Shown here: one piece after another, positions 29,647 through 38,994 of the stretch
Position numbering within the stretch: position 1 is the first letter of the stretch
How the letters are laid out: every line of letters begins with the position of its first letter
Assembly (NCBI GenBank): GCA_038231435.1
Contig: JBBRLJ010000002.1
Span: 128,001-192,000 of the forward strand
Direction: 5' to 3'
Origin: Planctomycetota bacterium
Lineage (GTDB): Bacteria > Planctomycetota > UBA11346
Length of the DNA: 64,000 bases
Program-made: the position numbers and the translations under genes
Notes under the pieces: generated by a model
The model's input: only the letters and a program-made list of their open reading frames with translations
Told to the model about the DNA's origin: nothing
Databases searched by the model: none

Positions 29647-30506
29647 CCGCCCGCCGGCCAGCCGCTCCGGCGGATCCACAGGCGCTGCTCGCCTTCGCTC
29701 TGCGCCACATGCGGGTCTCGAACTTCCCCGGCAGCGTCCAGCACACCGAGACCGGATCGTACGTGCTCGACCAGCGCACGATCTCCGACCACAACCTCAT
29801 CTACGTCACTCGCGGCGCCGCGCTGTGGGTCGTCGACGGGATCGACCACCGGCTGGACACGGGCGCGCTGGTTATCGTCCCTCCCGGGGTTCCGCACAGC
29901 GGGCGCAGCCTGACCAGGATCATGACGCTCGCCTCCATCCATGTGCTCGCCGATCTGCCCGGCGGGCAGGATCTGTTCGCGCTGCTCGCGCCGCCGCGCC
30001 TGCGCAGGGTGGCGCCGGGCAGCCGCCTCGACGTGCTGTTCCGCAGCGCGGCGGAGGAGTACGCACGCGGCTTCGCCGAGGCCAGCACCATGATGGCGCA
30101 CTGGGCGCCGCTGGTCCTCAAGGAGCTGCTGCGCCACGACGCCGCGGCCGGCGCGCTCGCCGTGCGCGGCGCCGATCCGGTGGTGACCGCGATCCTGGAA
30201 TGGCTCGAGCGTCACCTCGCCGAAGCGGTGGCGCTGCCCGAGCTCGCGGCGCTCGCTGGCTACACTCCGCAGCACCTCAACCGGCGCTTCACCAGGGAGA
30301 TCGGCATGACGCCGCTGACCTGCCTTGCGGGCATGCGCATGGAGCGCGCCGTGACCCTCCTGCGCGAGGGTAGGCTGTCCGTGCAGGCGGTCGGCAGCCG
30401 CGTCGGCTGCGCCGATCCCGCTTACTTCAGCCGCTTGTTCCGCAAGCACTTCGGACGAAGCCCGAGCGAATACCAGCGGCTCTCGGGTTCAGATTCTCCA
30501 AGCTGA
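29643..30506 (+). CDS. AraC-family transcriptional regulator (cupin + HTH)
   Basis: Cupin 'LIYVTRG...VPPGVPH' and HTH 'LPELAALAGYTPQHLNRRF...DPAYFSRLFRKHFGRSPSEY'. ATGA overlap with the upstream gene. Confidence 0.93.
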   Translation: MTARRPAAPADPQALLAFALRHMRVSNFPGSVQHTETGSYVLDQRTISDHNLIYVTRGAALWVVDGIDHRLDTGALVIVPPGVPHSGRSLTRIMTLASIHVLADLPGGQDLFALLAPPRLRRVAPGSRLDVLFRSAAEEYARGFAEASTMMAHWAPLVLKELLRHDAAAGALAVRGADPVVTAILEWLERHLAEAVALPELAALAGYTPQHLNRRFTREIGMTPLTCLAGMRMERAVTLLREGRLSVQAVGSRVGCADPAYFSRLFRKHFGRSPSEYQRLSGSDSPS

Positions 30507-30554
30507 GGCGCGGCGCGTCCATGTCGGGGGGAAGATCGCGGTTAGGATCGCGGC

Positions 30555-31391
30555 ATGGACACCCTGCACCTCGCCGACGTCTCCCACCACATCTCCGACG
30601 CCCAGTGGGAACAGTACCTTCGCGACGGCTACCTGCGCATCGGTCGCACGCTCTCGCAGGACGCCTTGGCGGGGCTGCGCACGCGCATCGACGACATCAT
30701 GCTCGGCAAGGTGCGCGACGACCAGCTGATGATGCAGCTCGATCGCGGCGGCGAGACCGGTGGCGACTACGGATCCATGGCGGAGATGACGCTCGGCTTC
30801 AAGGGCGCGAGCCTGGACTACCGCAAGATCGAGAACCTCGAGCGCGACGACCTCTTCCTCTCCTATATGCAGCAGCCGCTCTTCCGCGAGATCTGCGCCT
30901 GGCACTACGGCGCGCACGCCGGCATATCGGCGTTCCGCGCGATGTTCATGAACAAGCCGGCGCGCAAGGGCACGCTGCTGCCCTGGCACCAGGACGGCGG
31001 CGAGGGCTGGGGACTCGACCGCGATCCGCTCGCCACCATCTGGACCGCGCTCGATCCCGCGACCGTGGCCAACGGCTGCGTGCAGATCATCCCGGGCAGC
31101 CACCGCCTTGGGCTCCTGAGCAAGCGCGGGCATACCATCTCCGCCGAGCACGAGCACGAGCACTGCCCAGCGGACAAGACGGTGTTCCTCGAACTCGAGG
31201 CCGGTGAATCGGTGCTGCTGCACAACTGGCTGCTGCACCGCAGCGACGTCAATCGCACCGACATCCCGCGCCGCGCCTTCAGCATCTGCTACATGGACGC
31301 CCGCACCCGCGTCGAGCACGACGGCAAGCGCTTCCCCATCATCTTCGGCGACAACTCGCTGAAACCCCGCGTCTTCGCCCCCGTCGGCTGA
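30555..31391 (+). CDS. Phytanoyl-CoA dioxygenase (PhyH) family protein
   Basis: 'PWHQD', 'WTALDPATVANGCVQIIPGSH', 'LLHRSDVN...RRA'. Confidence 0.93.
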   Translation: MDTLHLADVSHHISDAQWEQYLRDGYLRIGRTLSQDALAGLRTRIDDIMLGKVRDDQLMMQLDRGGETGGDYGSMAEMTLGFKGASLDYRKIENLERDDLFLSYMQQPLFREICAWHYGAHAGISAFRAMFMNKPARKGTLLPWHQDGGEGWGLDRDPLATIWTALDPATVANGCVQIIPGSHRLGLLSKRGHTISAEHEHEHCPADKTVFLELEAGESVLLHNWLLHRSDVNRTDIPRRAFSICYMDARTRVEHDGKRFPIIFGDNSLKPRVFAPVG

Positions 31392-31424
31392 GCATTCGTA
31401 CAGGGCTTGGCCCCCTGATTGGAC

Positions 31425-31582
31425 GGGGCCCCATCGCTCCGCGATGGGGCGGGCGCCGAGGGGCGGTCGGCGGATATAATCGGCGAAGCCCATCCGCCGA
31501 CGATGTCGCAGCGTAGCGGAGACATCGAGCCCCGACAAAGCCCGTGGGGTAGGCCCAAAGGGCCGTAGGGGCGAAGCCCCTG
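31425..31582 (-). repeat. Dispersed palindromic repeat, family B, copy 1
   Basis: Reverse complement aligns with 56822-56968 and 62214-62358. Confidence 0.88.
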
Positions 31583-31586
31583 AATG

Positions 31587-32147
31587 CTAAAGCGCTCGGT
31601 CGGCCTCTGCGCGCGAGGCCTGGTCAAGGGCGGCCAGGGATTCGATAACGTAGCGGTTGCCGAGCGTGTCGCGGATGAGGACCTGGTCGGGCGCCACGCG
31701 GCTGACGTTCTTGCTCGGTTCGCGCAGCAGGAAGCGCCTGCGCCCGCGATCGGTATCGACGTCCCAGTAGCGGTTGCCGAAATCGACGCGGGTGGTGTGC
31801 ACGCGCGAGATGCGCGCGATGCAGTAGCGGCGGTCGAGCTCCCCCTGGGCAATCGCCCGCGACTCGATCGGGAACGCTTCGATGCCGGACAACATCGCCA
31901 GGCACGCCTTCTTGTCGCTCAGCAGCGCGATGTCCCCGCCCCGGCCGGTGATCGGACGCGCCCAGACCAGGCGCACGGGCACCGGTTCGGCCGCGTCGAT
32001 GGCCGCGAAGACGCGGTCGAGCCGGCGCGAGAGCACGACGATCGGCGGACGGTCCATGCGCGCCAGCGTATCGCCGCTGGCGCAAGCCGCGAGCGCGGCC
32101 TCCGCCGGAGGCGTGAGGGTAGCCGACCTCTCCGCGTTGTCGTTCAT
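31587..32147 (-). CDS. DUF1854-domain protein
   Basis: 'RRYCIARISRV...WDVDTDRGRRRF...LIRDTLGNRYVIESLAALDQASR'. Overlaps the ABC transporter stop codon. Confidence 0.85.
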   Translation of the reverse strand: MNDNAERSATLTPPAEAALAACASGDTLARMDRPPIVVLSRRLDRVFAAIDAAEPVPVRLVWARPITGRGGDIALLSDKKACLAMLSGIEAFPIESRAIAQGELDRRYCIARISRVHTTRVDFGNRYWDVDTDRGRRRFLLREPSKNVSRVAPDQVLIRDTLGNRYVIESLAALDQASRAEADRAL

Positions 32148-34378
32148 GCGATCTCCACGATCTGCTCGGCCTTGAGCTTGTTGATCTCGCCCTGCAGGCG
32201 CACCAGCTTGGCGAAATGGCCGCCGTCCTTCGCCATCAGCTCGTCGTGCGTCCCCTGCTCGACGATCGCGCCGTCATCGACCACCACCAGGCGATGGGCG
32301 TTGCGCAGCGTCGCCAGCCGATGCGCGATGGCGATGGTGGTGCGCCCGCGGATCAGCCGCGCGATCGCCTCCTGGATCGCTTTCTCGGTCTCCGAATCCA
32401 CCGCCGAGGTCGCCTCGTCGAGGATCAGCAGCTTGGGATCGTGCAGGATGGCGCGCGCGATCGACAGGCGCTGGCGCTCACCGCCCGAGAGTTCGGCGCC
32501 GCCCTCGCCCACCAGGGTATCGTAGCCGTCCTCCTTCTCGAGGATGAAGTCCTGGCAATGCGCGGCCCTCGCCGCCTCGACCACCTCGGCGAAGGTCGCC
32601 TCGGGCCGGCCGTAGCGGATGTTGTCCAGGATCGAGCCGTGGAAGAGGAACGGATCCTGCATGACGATGCCGATGTGGCGGCGATAGGTCTCGAGCGGCA
32701 AATCCTGGAGGCGCACGCCGTCGATCAGGATCTCGCCGTGGTCGGCGTCGTAGAAGCGGCACAGCAGGTTGATGATCGTGCTCTTGCCGGCGCCCGAGCG
32801 CCCCACCAGACCGAGCATCTGCCCTGCCGGGACCTCGAAGGTCACGTCCTTGAGCACTTCCTTGCCGCGCTCGTAGCTGAAGCTCACGCCCCGGAACTCG
32901 ACCTTGCCGACGAACGCCGCGGGCTCGGGCGCGCCCGGTACCGGCGTAGCGGCGGCGACATAGTCCTCGGGCTTCTGGTCGAGCACGTTGAAGACGCGCT
33001 CGGCGCCAGCGAAGGCGCCGGTCATCCAGTTGAGGATCGCCGCGAACCACTGCAGCGGTCCGTAGAACATCGCCATCAGACCGGCAAACGCACTGATGTC
33101 GCCGAGCGTCGGGCTCTTGCCGTCGCTGCCGACGACCCCCTTCGCGCCGTAGTACCACACGCCGATCATGCCCATCTGCATCACGAAAGCGAGCACCTCG
33201 AAGAAGCTGAAGTTGGTACGGTCGGTGGCGAGGTTGGCGGCGAACAACTGGTTGTTGGCCTTGGTGAATTCGGCCGAACGGCGCTGCTCCTGGCTCAGCG
33301 ACTTCACCACCTTGAGTCCGCGCAGCGATTCGTTGAGCAGGGAATAGAGCTTGCCGCGGCGGTTGTTGCGGCGGTGGAACAGCGGGATGAGGCGCTTCCA
33401 GAACCACGCGCCTCCACCGATCAGGAACGGCACCGGCATGAAGGCGATGACCGCCAGCAGCGGATTGAGGCAGACCAGGATCGAGGCGATGGTCACCAGC
33501 GAGATGACGTTCACCAGCATGTAAGGCAGCCCGTCCTTGAGGAAGTGCTGCAGCTCGCTGGTGTCGTTCATCACCCTGCCGACCATCTCGCCGGCGTCAC
33601 GCTTGCCGTGGTATGACATCTTCATGCGCAGCAGGTGCTCGTGCAGCCGCGCCTGCAGATCGGCCACCACGCGGCCGCTCAGCCACACCGCCAGCATGTT
33701 GGAGACCAGCCGGCAGAGCATGCCGCCGACAATCGAGGCGAAGATCATCCCGATCCAGAAGGGCAGGGATTGGAGGTTCCTGGGCACGATCACGTCATCG
33801 GTGATGTGCTTGTAGGCGAGCGGCGGCGCCATGGAGACGCCGACGCCCAGCAGGGTCACCGCCAACAGCAGGAACGCCGGCACGCGGTGCGGGCGCACCA
33901 GCCCAACGATGCGCAGCAATATACGTCCCTTGGGCACGCACAGCGGGCAGTTCGCGCCGCGCTCCGGGAGCGGCGCCTGGCAGCGCGGGCAGAACGGCGA
34001 TTCGAGCTCGGTCGGCAGCAGCGGCACGCGCTTCGCGACGACGTCGTTGATGGCGCGGGCGATGGCCGCGAACTCCGCCACCAGGTTGCGGGTGAAATAC
34101 GCCAGCACCCGCTCGCCATCGGTGGTGGTCACGGTCAGGCGCGCGCTCCCGTAGAGCTCGTCGGTGGCGGCCTTGGTCACGTTGGCGATCGGCAGCGACA
34201 GCAGGACCTTGCGCTCATCCATGACGATGACGTGACCGCCGGTGAGCGCGACCCGCAGCTCGGCGTAGCGCTGATCGAAGTCGAGGTCCGCGGTGATACG
34301 CGCGTGCACGGGTTCGCCCGGCGCCGCCTCGGAGAGGAGACGTTCGCTGGCCGCGGGAAAGGCTGACTGGAAGGGCAT
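32144..34378 (-). CDS. ABC exporter (TMD+NBD) with N-terminal extension and zinc ribbon
   Basis: Walker A GRSGAGKST, LSGGERQR, DEATS, several TM helices, and 'CPRC...CPLC' before the TMD. Confidence 0.93.
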   Translation of the reverse strand: MPFQSAFPAASERLLSEAAPGEPVHARITADLDFDQRYAELRVALTGGHVIVMDERKVLLSLPIANVTKAATDELYGSARLTVTTTDGERVLAYFTRNLVAEFAAIARAINDVVAKRVPLLPTELESPFCPRCQAPLPERGANCPLCVPKGRILLRIVGLVRPHRVPAFLLLAVTLLGVGVSMAPPLAYKHITDDVIVPRNLQSLPFWIGMIFASIVGGMLCRLVSNMLAVWLSGRVVADLQARLHEHLLRMKMSYHGKRDAGEMVGRVMNDTSELQHFLKDGLPYMLVNVISLVTIASILVCLNPLLAVIAFMPVPFLIGGGAWFWKRLIPLFHRRNNRRGKLYSLLNESLRGLKVVKSLSQEQRRSAEFTKANNQLFAANLATDRTNFSFFEVLAFVMQMGMIGVWYYGAKGVVGSDGKSPTLGDISAFAGLMAMFYGPLQWFAAILNWMTGAFAGAERVFNVLDQKPEDYVAAATPVPGAPEPAAFVGKVEFRGVSFSYERGKEVLKDVTFEVPAGQMLGLVGRSGAGKSTIINLLCRFYDADHGEILIDGVRLQDLPLETYRRHIGIVMQDPFLFHGSILDNIRYGRPEATFAEVVEAARAAHCQDFILEKEDGYDTLVGEGGAELSGGERQRLSIARAILHDPKLLILDEATSAVDSETEKAIQEAIARLIRGRTTIAIAHRLATLRNAHRLVVVDDGAIVEQGTHDELMAKDGGHFAKLVRLQGEINKLKAEQIVEIA

Positions 34379-34592
34379 GCGGAATCCGACGGATGGGAGT
34401 GGCTCGGGAAGTCAGTATGACAACGGGAACGGTCGGTCGAGATGAGGCCGCGCCGGCATGCCACCACCGGTTGGCGCGTCGGAAGCGGGATGCCACTGCG
34501 GGGATCGTCGCCGAATCGCCCCGGCATATCCGATCCGGGAAGTCACGAATGGTGGTATCTGGACGTGGACAGCTGGGGCTGCCGATCCGCGC

Positions 34593-34624
34593 AATATAAC
34601 TATATGTTACTGAGCGATTGTCAA
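34593..34624 (-). promoter_or_regulatory. Candidate promoter/operator for the ABC-DUF1854 operon
   Basis: Minus-strand TTGACA (34624-34619) followed by AT-rich sequence containing the palindrome TAAC-N5-GTTA (34597-34609). The -10 spacing is non-canonical. Confidence 0.4.
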
Positions 34625-34663
34625 CTAAGCACCGGAGCGGCCTCCCGCCGTCCATCGCGAACG

Positions 34664-35029
34664 TCACGCGGTGGCGCTGCTGTCCGGTGGAGGATTCTTC
34701 GCGAAGCGCACCGCGCGGATGCGGGCCGCGCCGATCAGCACCGCCTTCGCGATGCGGTGGATCCCATCCATCACCTGCCCGTCCTGATCGAGGATGATCG
34801 GCTTCTTCAAGTCCGCATCGATGATCTGTTTGCAATGACGCGCCACCGCCCTGGTGGTGGGACGCTCGCCGTGATTGAACCACAGGTCCTGGTCCAGGCA
34901 TGAGGAGACTTCGCCCACCGGCATCTCGACGATCGGCAGATCCTGCGCCAGCCGCCACAATCGTGGAACCGACCACTCCTGCCGCGTTCCGCGCAGGACG
35001 GCCGCGTAGGTCTGGACCTCCTCGGTCAT
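34664..35029 (-). CDS. Small ParB/Sulfiredoxin-like protein (paralog 1)
   Basis: 'DADLKKPIILDQDGQVMDGIHRIAKA'. Clearly paralogous to 36635-37036. Confidence 0.82.
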   Translation of the reverse strand: MTEEVQTYAAVLRGTRQEWSVPRLWRLAQDLPIVEMPVGEVSSCLDQDLWFNHGERPTTRAVARHCKQIIDADLKKPIILDQDGQVMDGIHRIAKAVLIGAARIRAVRFAKNPPPDSSATA

Positions 35030-35039
35030 CCCGCCCCCG

Positions 35040-35726
35040 TCATCGTCCGACTGTCGCCACGGTCGCGCTGGCGACCTCGATCGAGGCCATGCGCTTGTCC
35101 TCGCCGAAGCGCGCGTTGACCGCATGCCCTTCGTGGTCGATCGCGGTGATGTCGCGGCCATCCGACGTATGCGACCACTTCAGCCATTTCACGTAACCGA
35201 GAAACGCGTTGAAGTGGTTGGACAGGTCCAGCTCCGTCACCGCCTGCGAGAAAACGGCGGCGGCCTTGGCCGCATCGGTGGTCGGCAAGGCTGGAAACGC
35301 CGGATCGGTGATGACGCCGTACAGGGCTCCGCCGTCGTAGGCGACGCGGAAGTACGGGCCCACGCCGAACAGGCCGCTGGCGATGGAGGCGATGACCTCG
35401 CCTCGCACCAACTCGAGCGCCTGCTCGGGAATCCGCAGATCCTCGATGCCCTTTTCGGCGCCAGTGGCGCACAGTTTCTCGGCCGCCTTGGCCATCGCCT
35501 TGGGCGCGGTGGACTTGCTTTCGGCCCACGACCACAACCAGCTCTTGCTGGCGATCGATTCGGTGCCGAGCAGCTGGGCCAGCCAGCCCTGCTCGCCGAA
35601 GACCGCCATGCCCGTCTTGGCATCGAGGGAATACGGCGTATCCGCGACGACGCTCAGCAGATGGGCGTGCTTCTGGCGCGAGGCCACGGCGTGCAGATCG
35701 AACAGGTCGCGGAGCTTGTCGTGCAT
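35040..35726 (-). CDS. DUF6882-like hypothetical protein
   Basis: 'AQLLGTESIASKSWLWSWA' motif and AGGAG RBS. Family assigned from memory of the motif. Confidence 0.7.
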   Translation of the reverse strand: MHDKLRDLFDLHAVASRQKHAHLLSVVADTPYSLDAKTGMAVFGEQGWLAQLLGTESIASKSWLWSWAESKSTAPKAMAKAAEKLCATGAEKGIEDLRIPEQALELVRGEVIASIASGLFGVGPYFRVAYDGGALYGVITDPAFPALPTTDAAKAAAVFSQAVTELDLSNHFNAFLGYVKWLKWSHTSDGRDITAIDHEGHAVNARFGEDKRMASIEVASATVATVGR

Positions 35727-35774
35727 GTCCTCTCCTGGCCCTCTCCTAGGCGGATTGCGCTGCGCGCGGAACCG

Positions 35775-36098
35775 TCACGCGTGCGACTTGGTCAGGTGCA
35801 TGGTGAACGTCCAATAATGGGTCAGCGCATCGAAGATCACCTTCAGTTGCTGGGATTCTTCCTGCGGAAATGCCGGCGCGGGAGACCAGTCGCTGAAATG
35901 CCCGGTGCCGCCCATGGGCACGCCCTTGAACGCGAGGTAGGCGCGCTCGGTCTCCCCTGCCTCGAGGGCTGCCAGGCATTCGTTCAGCTTGGGCAGGTCG
36001 CGATGCTCGCAGCGATGGTCGACGCAGAACTTCGCCAAGGCGCGCGTGGTGCGCTTCTGGAGATTGATGAATGACGACGTGTAGCGCGCGGTGACCAC
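35775..36098 (-). CDS. Hypothetical protein
   Basis: GGAGG RBS before the GTG start and good codon usage. Confidence 0.65.
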   Translation of the reverse strand: MVTARYTSSFINLQKRTTRALAKFCVDHRCEHRDLPKLNECLAALEAGETERAYLAFKGVPMGGTGHFSDWSPAPAFPQEESQQLKVIFDALTHYWTFTMHLTKSHA

Positions 36099-36272
36099 GG
36101 CCCCTCCCTTCCAGGGTGCCGGGGGATGGGAACCCCGACAGATAAGGATACCATGGGGACGGTTGCCGCACAACTTGGGGCGCAGAGGCCGTAACCCCAT
36201 CGAAGCCTAGGTTTTGCGCTAATCCATGGGGCCGGTGACTGATCGTTGATGGGGTGGGATCTGCGCAGCGGC

Positions 36273-36638
36273 CTATTTGCCGCCGAAAGCCAGCACGATG
36301 AACGCGAGCACCGCGAGCGTCATCCCGATGTACGCGGTCACGGTCAGCACCTCACCAAGGAGCAGGAAGCCGAGTGCGTTGCCGAGCACGATCGAGGCCG
36401 CACCGAACAGCGCCGCGGTTTTGCCCAGCTCGATCGAGGCGAACACGTACAGCTGACCAAAGGTGGCGAAGATGCGGATGGTGAAATAGAGCGCGAACCA
36501 CCAGCTCACCAGGTTGGCGGCGGTGAAGCCGCCCTGCCGCATATGCGTCCTCGCGATCAGGTCGCCCCAGGTGAACAGCAGCTGCGCCGCGACCAGGATC
36601 GAGATCGTCCACGCCATCGATGGGGCCGGCTGGCTCAT
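36273..36638 (-). CDS. Four-TM SMR/EamA (DMT)-like membrane protein
   Basis: About 120 aa with four hydrophobic helices and 'GFLLLGEVLT...IG'. Confidence 0.8.
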   Translation of the reverse strand: MSQPAPSMAWTISILVAAQLLFTWGDLIARTHMRQGGFTAANLVSWWFALYFTIRIFATFGQLYVFASIELGKTAALFGAASIVLGNALGFLLLGEVLTVTAYIGMTLAVLAFIVLAFGGK

Positions 36639-37036
36639 GGGTCCTCGACGCGATCGGGCGCGGGTGTGATCGGGAACTGCACGGTGTTGATGGTCTTCTT
36701 GCCGAGGATCCAGGCCTTGGCGATGCGATGCATACCATCCATCAGCTGGCCTTCGTGATCGAGGATGATCGGGAAGCGCAGATCGGCGTCGATGATCTTG
36801 CGACAATGCCCGAGCACCCCGCGCGTCGTCGCGACAGCCCCATTGTTATACCAGAAATCGCTGTCGAGGTAGACGGCGAATTCGATCAACGCGACCTTGC
36901 GCACCGGCAAGGACCGCGACAGCTCCCACAGCCGCGAGACGCGCCAAACGTGGCGGCGGCCGCGGCGCACTGCGATGAACGAGTGCTCGGGATCGGGCAC
37001 CACGATCGGCTTGTCATTGATGATGGGATCGGTCAT
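36635..37036 (-). CDS. Small ParB/Sulfiredoxin-like protein (paralog 2)
   Basis: 'DADLRFPIILDHEGQLMDGMHRIAKA'. Confidence 0.82.
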   Translation of the reverse strand: MTDPIINDKPIVVPDPEHSFIAVRRGRRHVWRVSRLWELSRSLPVRKVALIEFAVYLDSDFWYNNGAVATTRGVLGHCRKIIDADLRFPIILDHEGQLMDGMHRIAKAWILGKKTINTVQFPITPAPDRVEDP

Positions 37037-37095
37037 GGATCCGGCATGGCTCAGCAGGTCGTACGCCGGATGCGCATTCCGACAAGCCAGGTGTC

Positions 37096-37512
37096 TCAAG
37101 CCAACGGCTCAGACGCCTTCAGTACCCACGCCTGGGGATGATGCGTGAAGCCGATCTTCGGATAGTACTCGACCGCGGCTGGCGCAGCCAGCAGCACGAT
37201 CGAGCTGCGCGGCCCCATGCGGCCGCGCGTCTGGCGGATCATCTCCTTGCCGATGCCCAGGCGCTGGTGCGTGTCGCGCACCGCCAGATCGGCGAGGTAG
37301 CCGACGTAGGCGAAGTCGGTGAGCGTGCGCGAGATCCCGACCAGCAGCGTGGCGTCCCAGGCGCTCACCACCAGGTTGGCCTGGCCCAGCATCTCGCCCA
37401 TGATCTCGCGACTGTCGATCGGTCGTCGCGCTCCCAGGGTCGAGGCCCGGTAGAGCTCGATCACCGCGTCGAGGTCGAGGTCGTTGCCGAAGCGATAGTC
37501 GATGGTGGCCAT
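37096..37512 (-). CDS. GNAT family N-acetyltransferase
   Basis: 'YLADLAVRDTHQRLGIGKEM', 'AVEYYPKIGF'. Confidence 0.92.
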   Translation of the reverse strand: MATIDYRFGNDLDLDAVIELYRASTLGARRPIDSREIMGEMLGQANLVVSAWDATLLVGISRTLTDFAYVGYLADLAVRDTHQRLGIGKEMIRQTRGRMGPRSSIVLLAAPAAVEYYPKIGFTHHPQAWVLKASEPLA

Positions 37513-37522
37513 GGCCCGAGGC

Positions 37523-38329
37523 TCAGCGGATCACGATCGACGCCGGCTTAACGTCCGACTTCGGATAGCGCGGCGACATGCGCTCGAGGGTCTCCACCAC
37601 GGTCTGCATGATGGAGAGGTTGCGCACCCAATTGCGGTCGGCTGGCACGATGTGCCAGGGAGCGAGCGGGGTGGAGCATGCGTTGATGGCGTCCTCGTAA
37701 GCCTCCTGGTATTCGCCCCAGAGCTTGCGCTCGGTGAGATCTCCGAGGTTGAACTTCCAGAGCTTCTCGGGGTCGTCGAGGCGGTCCTGCAGGCGACGCT
37801 TCTGCTCATCCTTCGAGATGTGCAGGAAGAACTTGATGATGGTGGTGCCATTCTCGGCCAGATGGCGCTCGAACTCGTTGATCTGCCGATAGCGCGGCTT
37901 CCAGACCTCCTTCTTCACCAGCTCGTGCACGCGCACCACCAGGACATCCTCGTAGTGCGAACGGTTCCAGATGCCGATCACGCCCTTGGCCGGCGCGGCG
38001 CGGTGGATGCGCCACAGGTAGTCGTGGTCGCGCTCTTCGCTCGACGGCGCCTTGAAGCTGGTGACCTGCACGCCGGTCGGATTGACGCCGGTGAAGATGG
38101 TCTTGACCACACCGTCCTTGCCGCCGGTGTCCATGGCCTGGAGCACGATCAGCAGGCTCTGCCGGTGCTCGGCGTAGAGCGCTTCCTGCAGGCGCGCGAG
38201 CTTGGCGCGCAGCTTGTCGAGGTGCTCGAGCGCCGACTCCTTCGAGCCGTAACCGCCAGCATCCTCGGGATCGATCTTCGCGAGCTTGATGCGACGTTTG
38301 CCGTCGCTGACGACCACGGGTGATTTCAC
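37523..38329 (-). CDS. ppk2: Polyphosphate kinase 2 family protein
   Basis: 'LQAMDTGGKDG', 'SFKAPS..E..HDYLWR', 'NRSHYEDVL', 'KFFLHISKDEQ', 'PWHIVPAD'. GGAGG RBS and GTG start. Confidence 0.95.
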   Translation of the reverse strand: MKSPVVVSDGKRRIKLAKIDPEDAGGYGSKESALEHLDKLRAKLARLQEALYAEHRQSLLIVLQAMDTGGKDGVVKTIFTGVNPTGVQVTSFKAPSSEERDHDYLWRIHRAAPAKGVIGIWNRSHYEDVLVVRVHELVKKEVWKPRYRQINEFERHLAENGTTIIKFFLHISKDEQKRRLQDRLDDPEKLWKFNLGDLTERKLWGEYQEAYEDAINACSTPLAPWHIVPADRNWVRNLSIMQTVVETLERMSPRYPKSDVKPASIVIR

Positions 38330-38649
38330 GGAGCCTCCTGTCGGCCGCTGGCCAGTTCGTGAGCCTTGTCCTTGCCAGATGCGGGTCCCCAGCCGAAGGC
38401 GCCTTCCCACCGCGAGCCCTTGCGCACCTCCATCGCGCCATCCACCTGGGCGTATTCCTCGCCGCAGTGCGAGCAGCGGAACGTCGAATAGCTCGGGCCT
38501 GGCGTGGCGCGGACGAAGTTCAGGCACACCAGCGCGCGCTTGCGGCATTCGGAGCACCGCTTCGGCACGAACACATCCCACATGACGAACACGGCCAGCA
38601 GGCAGAACAGGCAGCCGACGACGATCGAGATGACGATGACCGCGGTCAT
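38326..38649 (-). CDS. Small membrane protein with zinc ribbon
   Basis: N-terminal TM, CSEC...CSHC, and 4-nt overlaps with both neighbours. Confidence 0.7.
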   Translation of the reverse strand: MTAVIVISIVVGCLFCLLAVFVMWDVFVPKRCSECRKRALVCLNFVRATPGPSYSTFRCSHCGEEYAQVDGAMEVRKGSRWEGAFGWGPASGKDKAHELASGRQEAP

Positions 38650-38993
38650 GGATGCTCCTGCCCGAGCGGCGTCCGGCCGCGGACCGGGCGCAAGCGCTGG
38701 TCCAGGCGCGGCAGCCTGTGGGGAAGACGCATGTTCACGATCGCCTGGCGTAGGCACAACCAGTATCCGCGCGCGCAGCCGTAGCGGTCGCCCAGCTCCA
38801 GCAGCGCGTCCAAGGCCGGCTCGAGCTCATTGCGCGACATCCAGTCGTGATGGCGCGCGAGGTGGTTGATCAGGTCGGGGGTGTTGGCTGCGTGCGCGGC
38901 CAGCAACCCGAGCGCATGATCGAGATAGGCCGCGGTGCGTCTCCAGCTCGCGGCATCCTCAGCAGGAGCTTCCTCGGAGGGCGCGTCGCCCAT
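38646..38993 (-). CDS. Hypothetical protein, immunity-protein-like helical motif
   Basis: 'WMSRNELEPALDALLELG...YWLCLRQAIVNMRL' recalls MafI-like immunity proteins (inference). Confidence 0.6.
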   Translation of the reverse strand: MGDAPSEEAPAEDAASWRRTAAYLDHALGLLAAHAANTPDLINHLARHHDWMSRNELEPALDALLELGDRYGCARGYWLCLRQAIVNMRLPHRLPRLDQRLRPVRGRTPLGQEHP

Positions 38994-38994
38994 C

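Noticed and set aside
34380..34592. Known riboswitch or RiPP precursor upstream of the ABC exporter
   Set aside because: No riboswitch consensus was recognisable, and the short ORFs lack an RBS or leader-peptide features.
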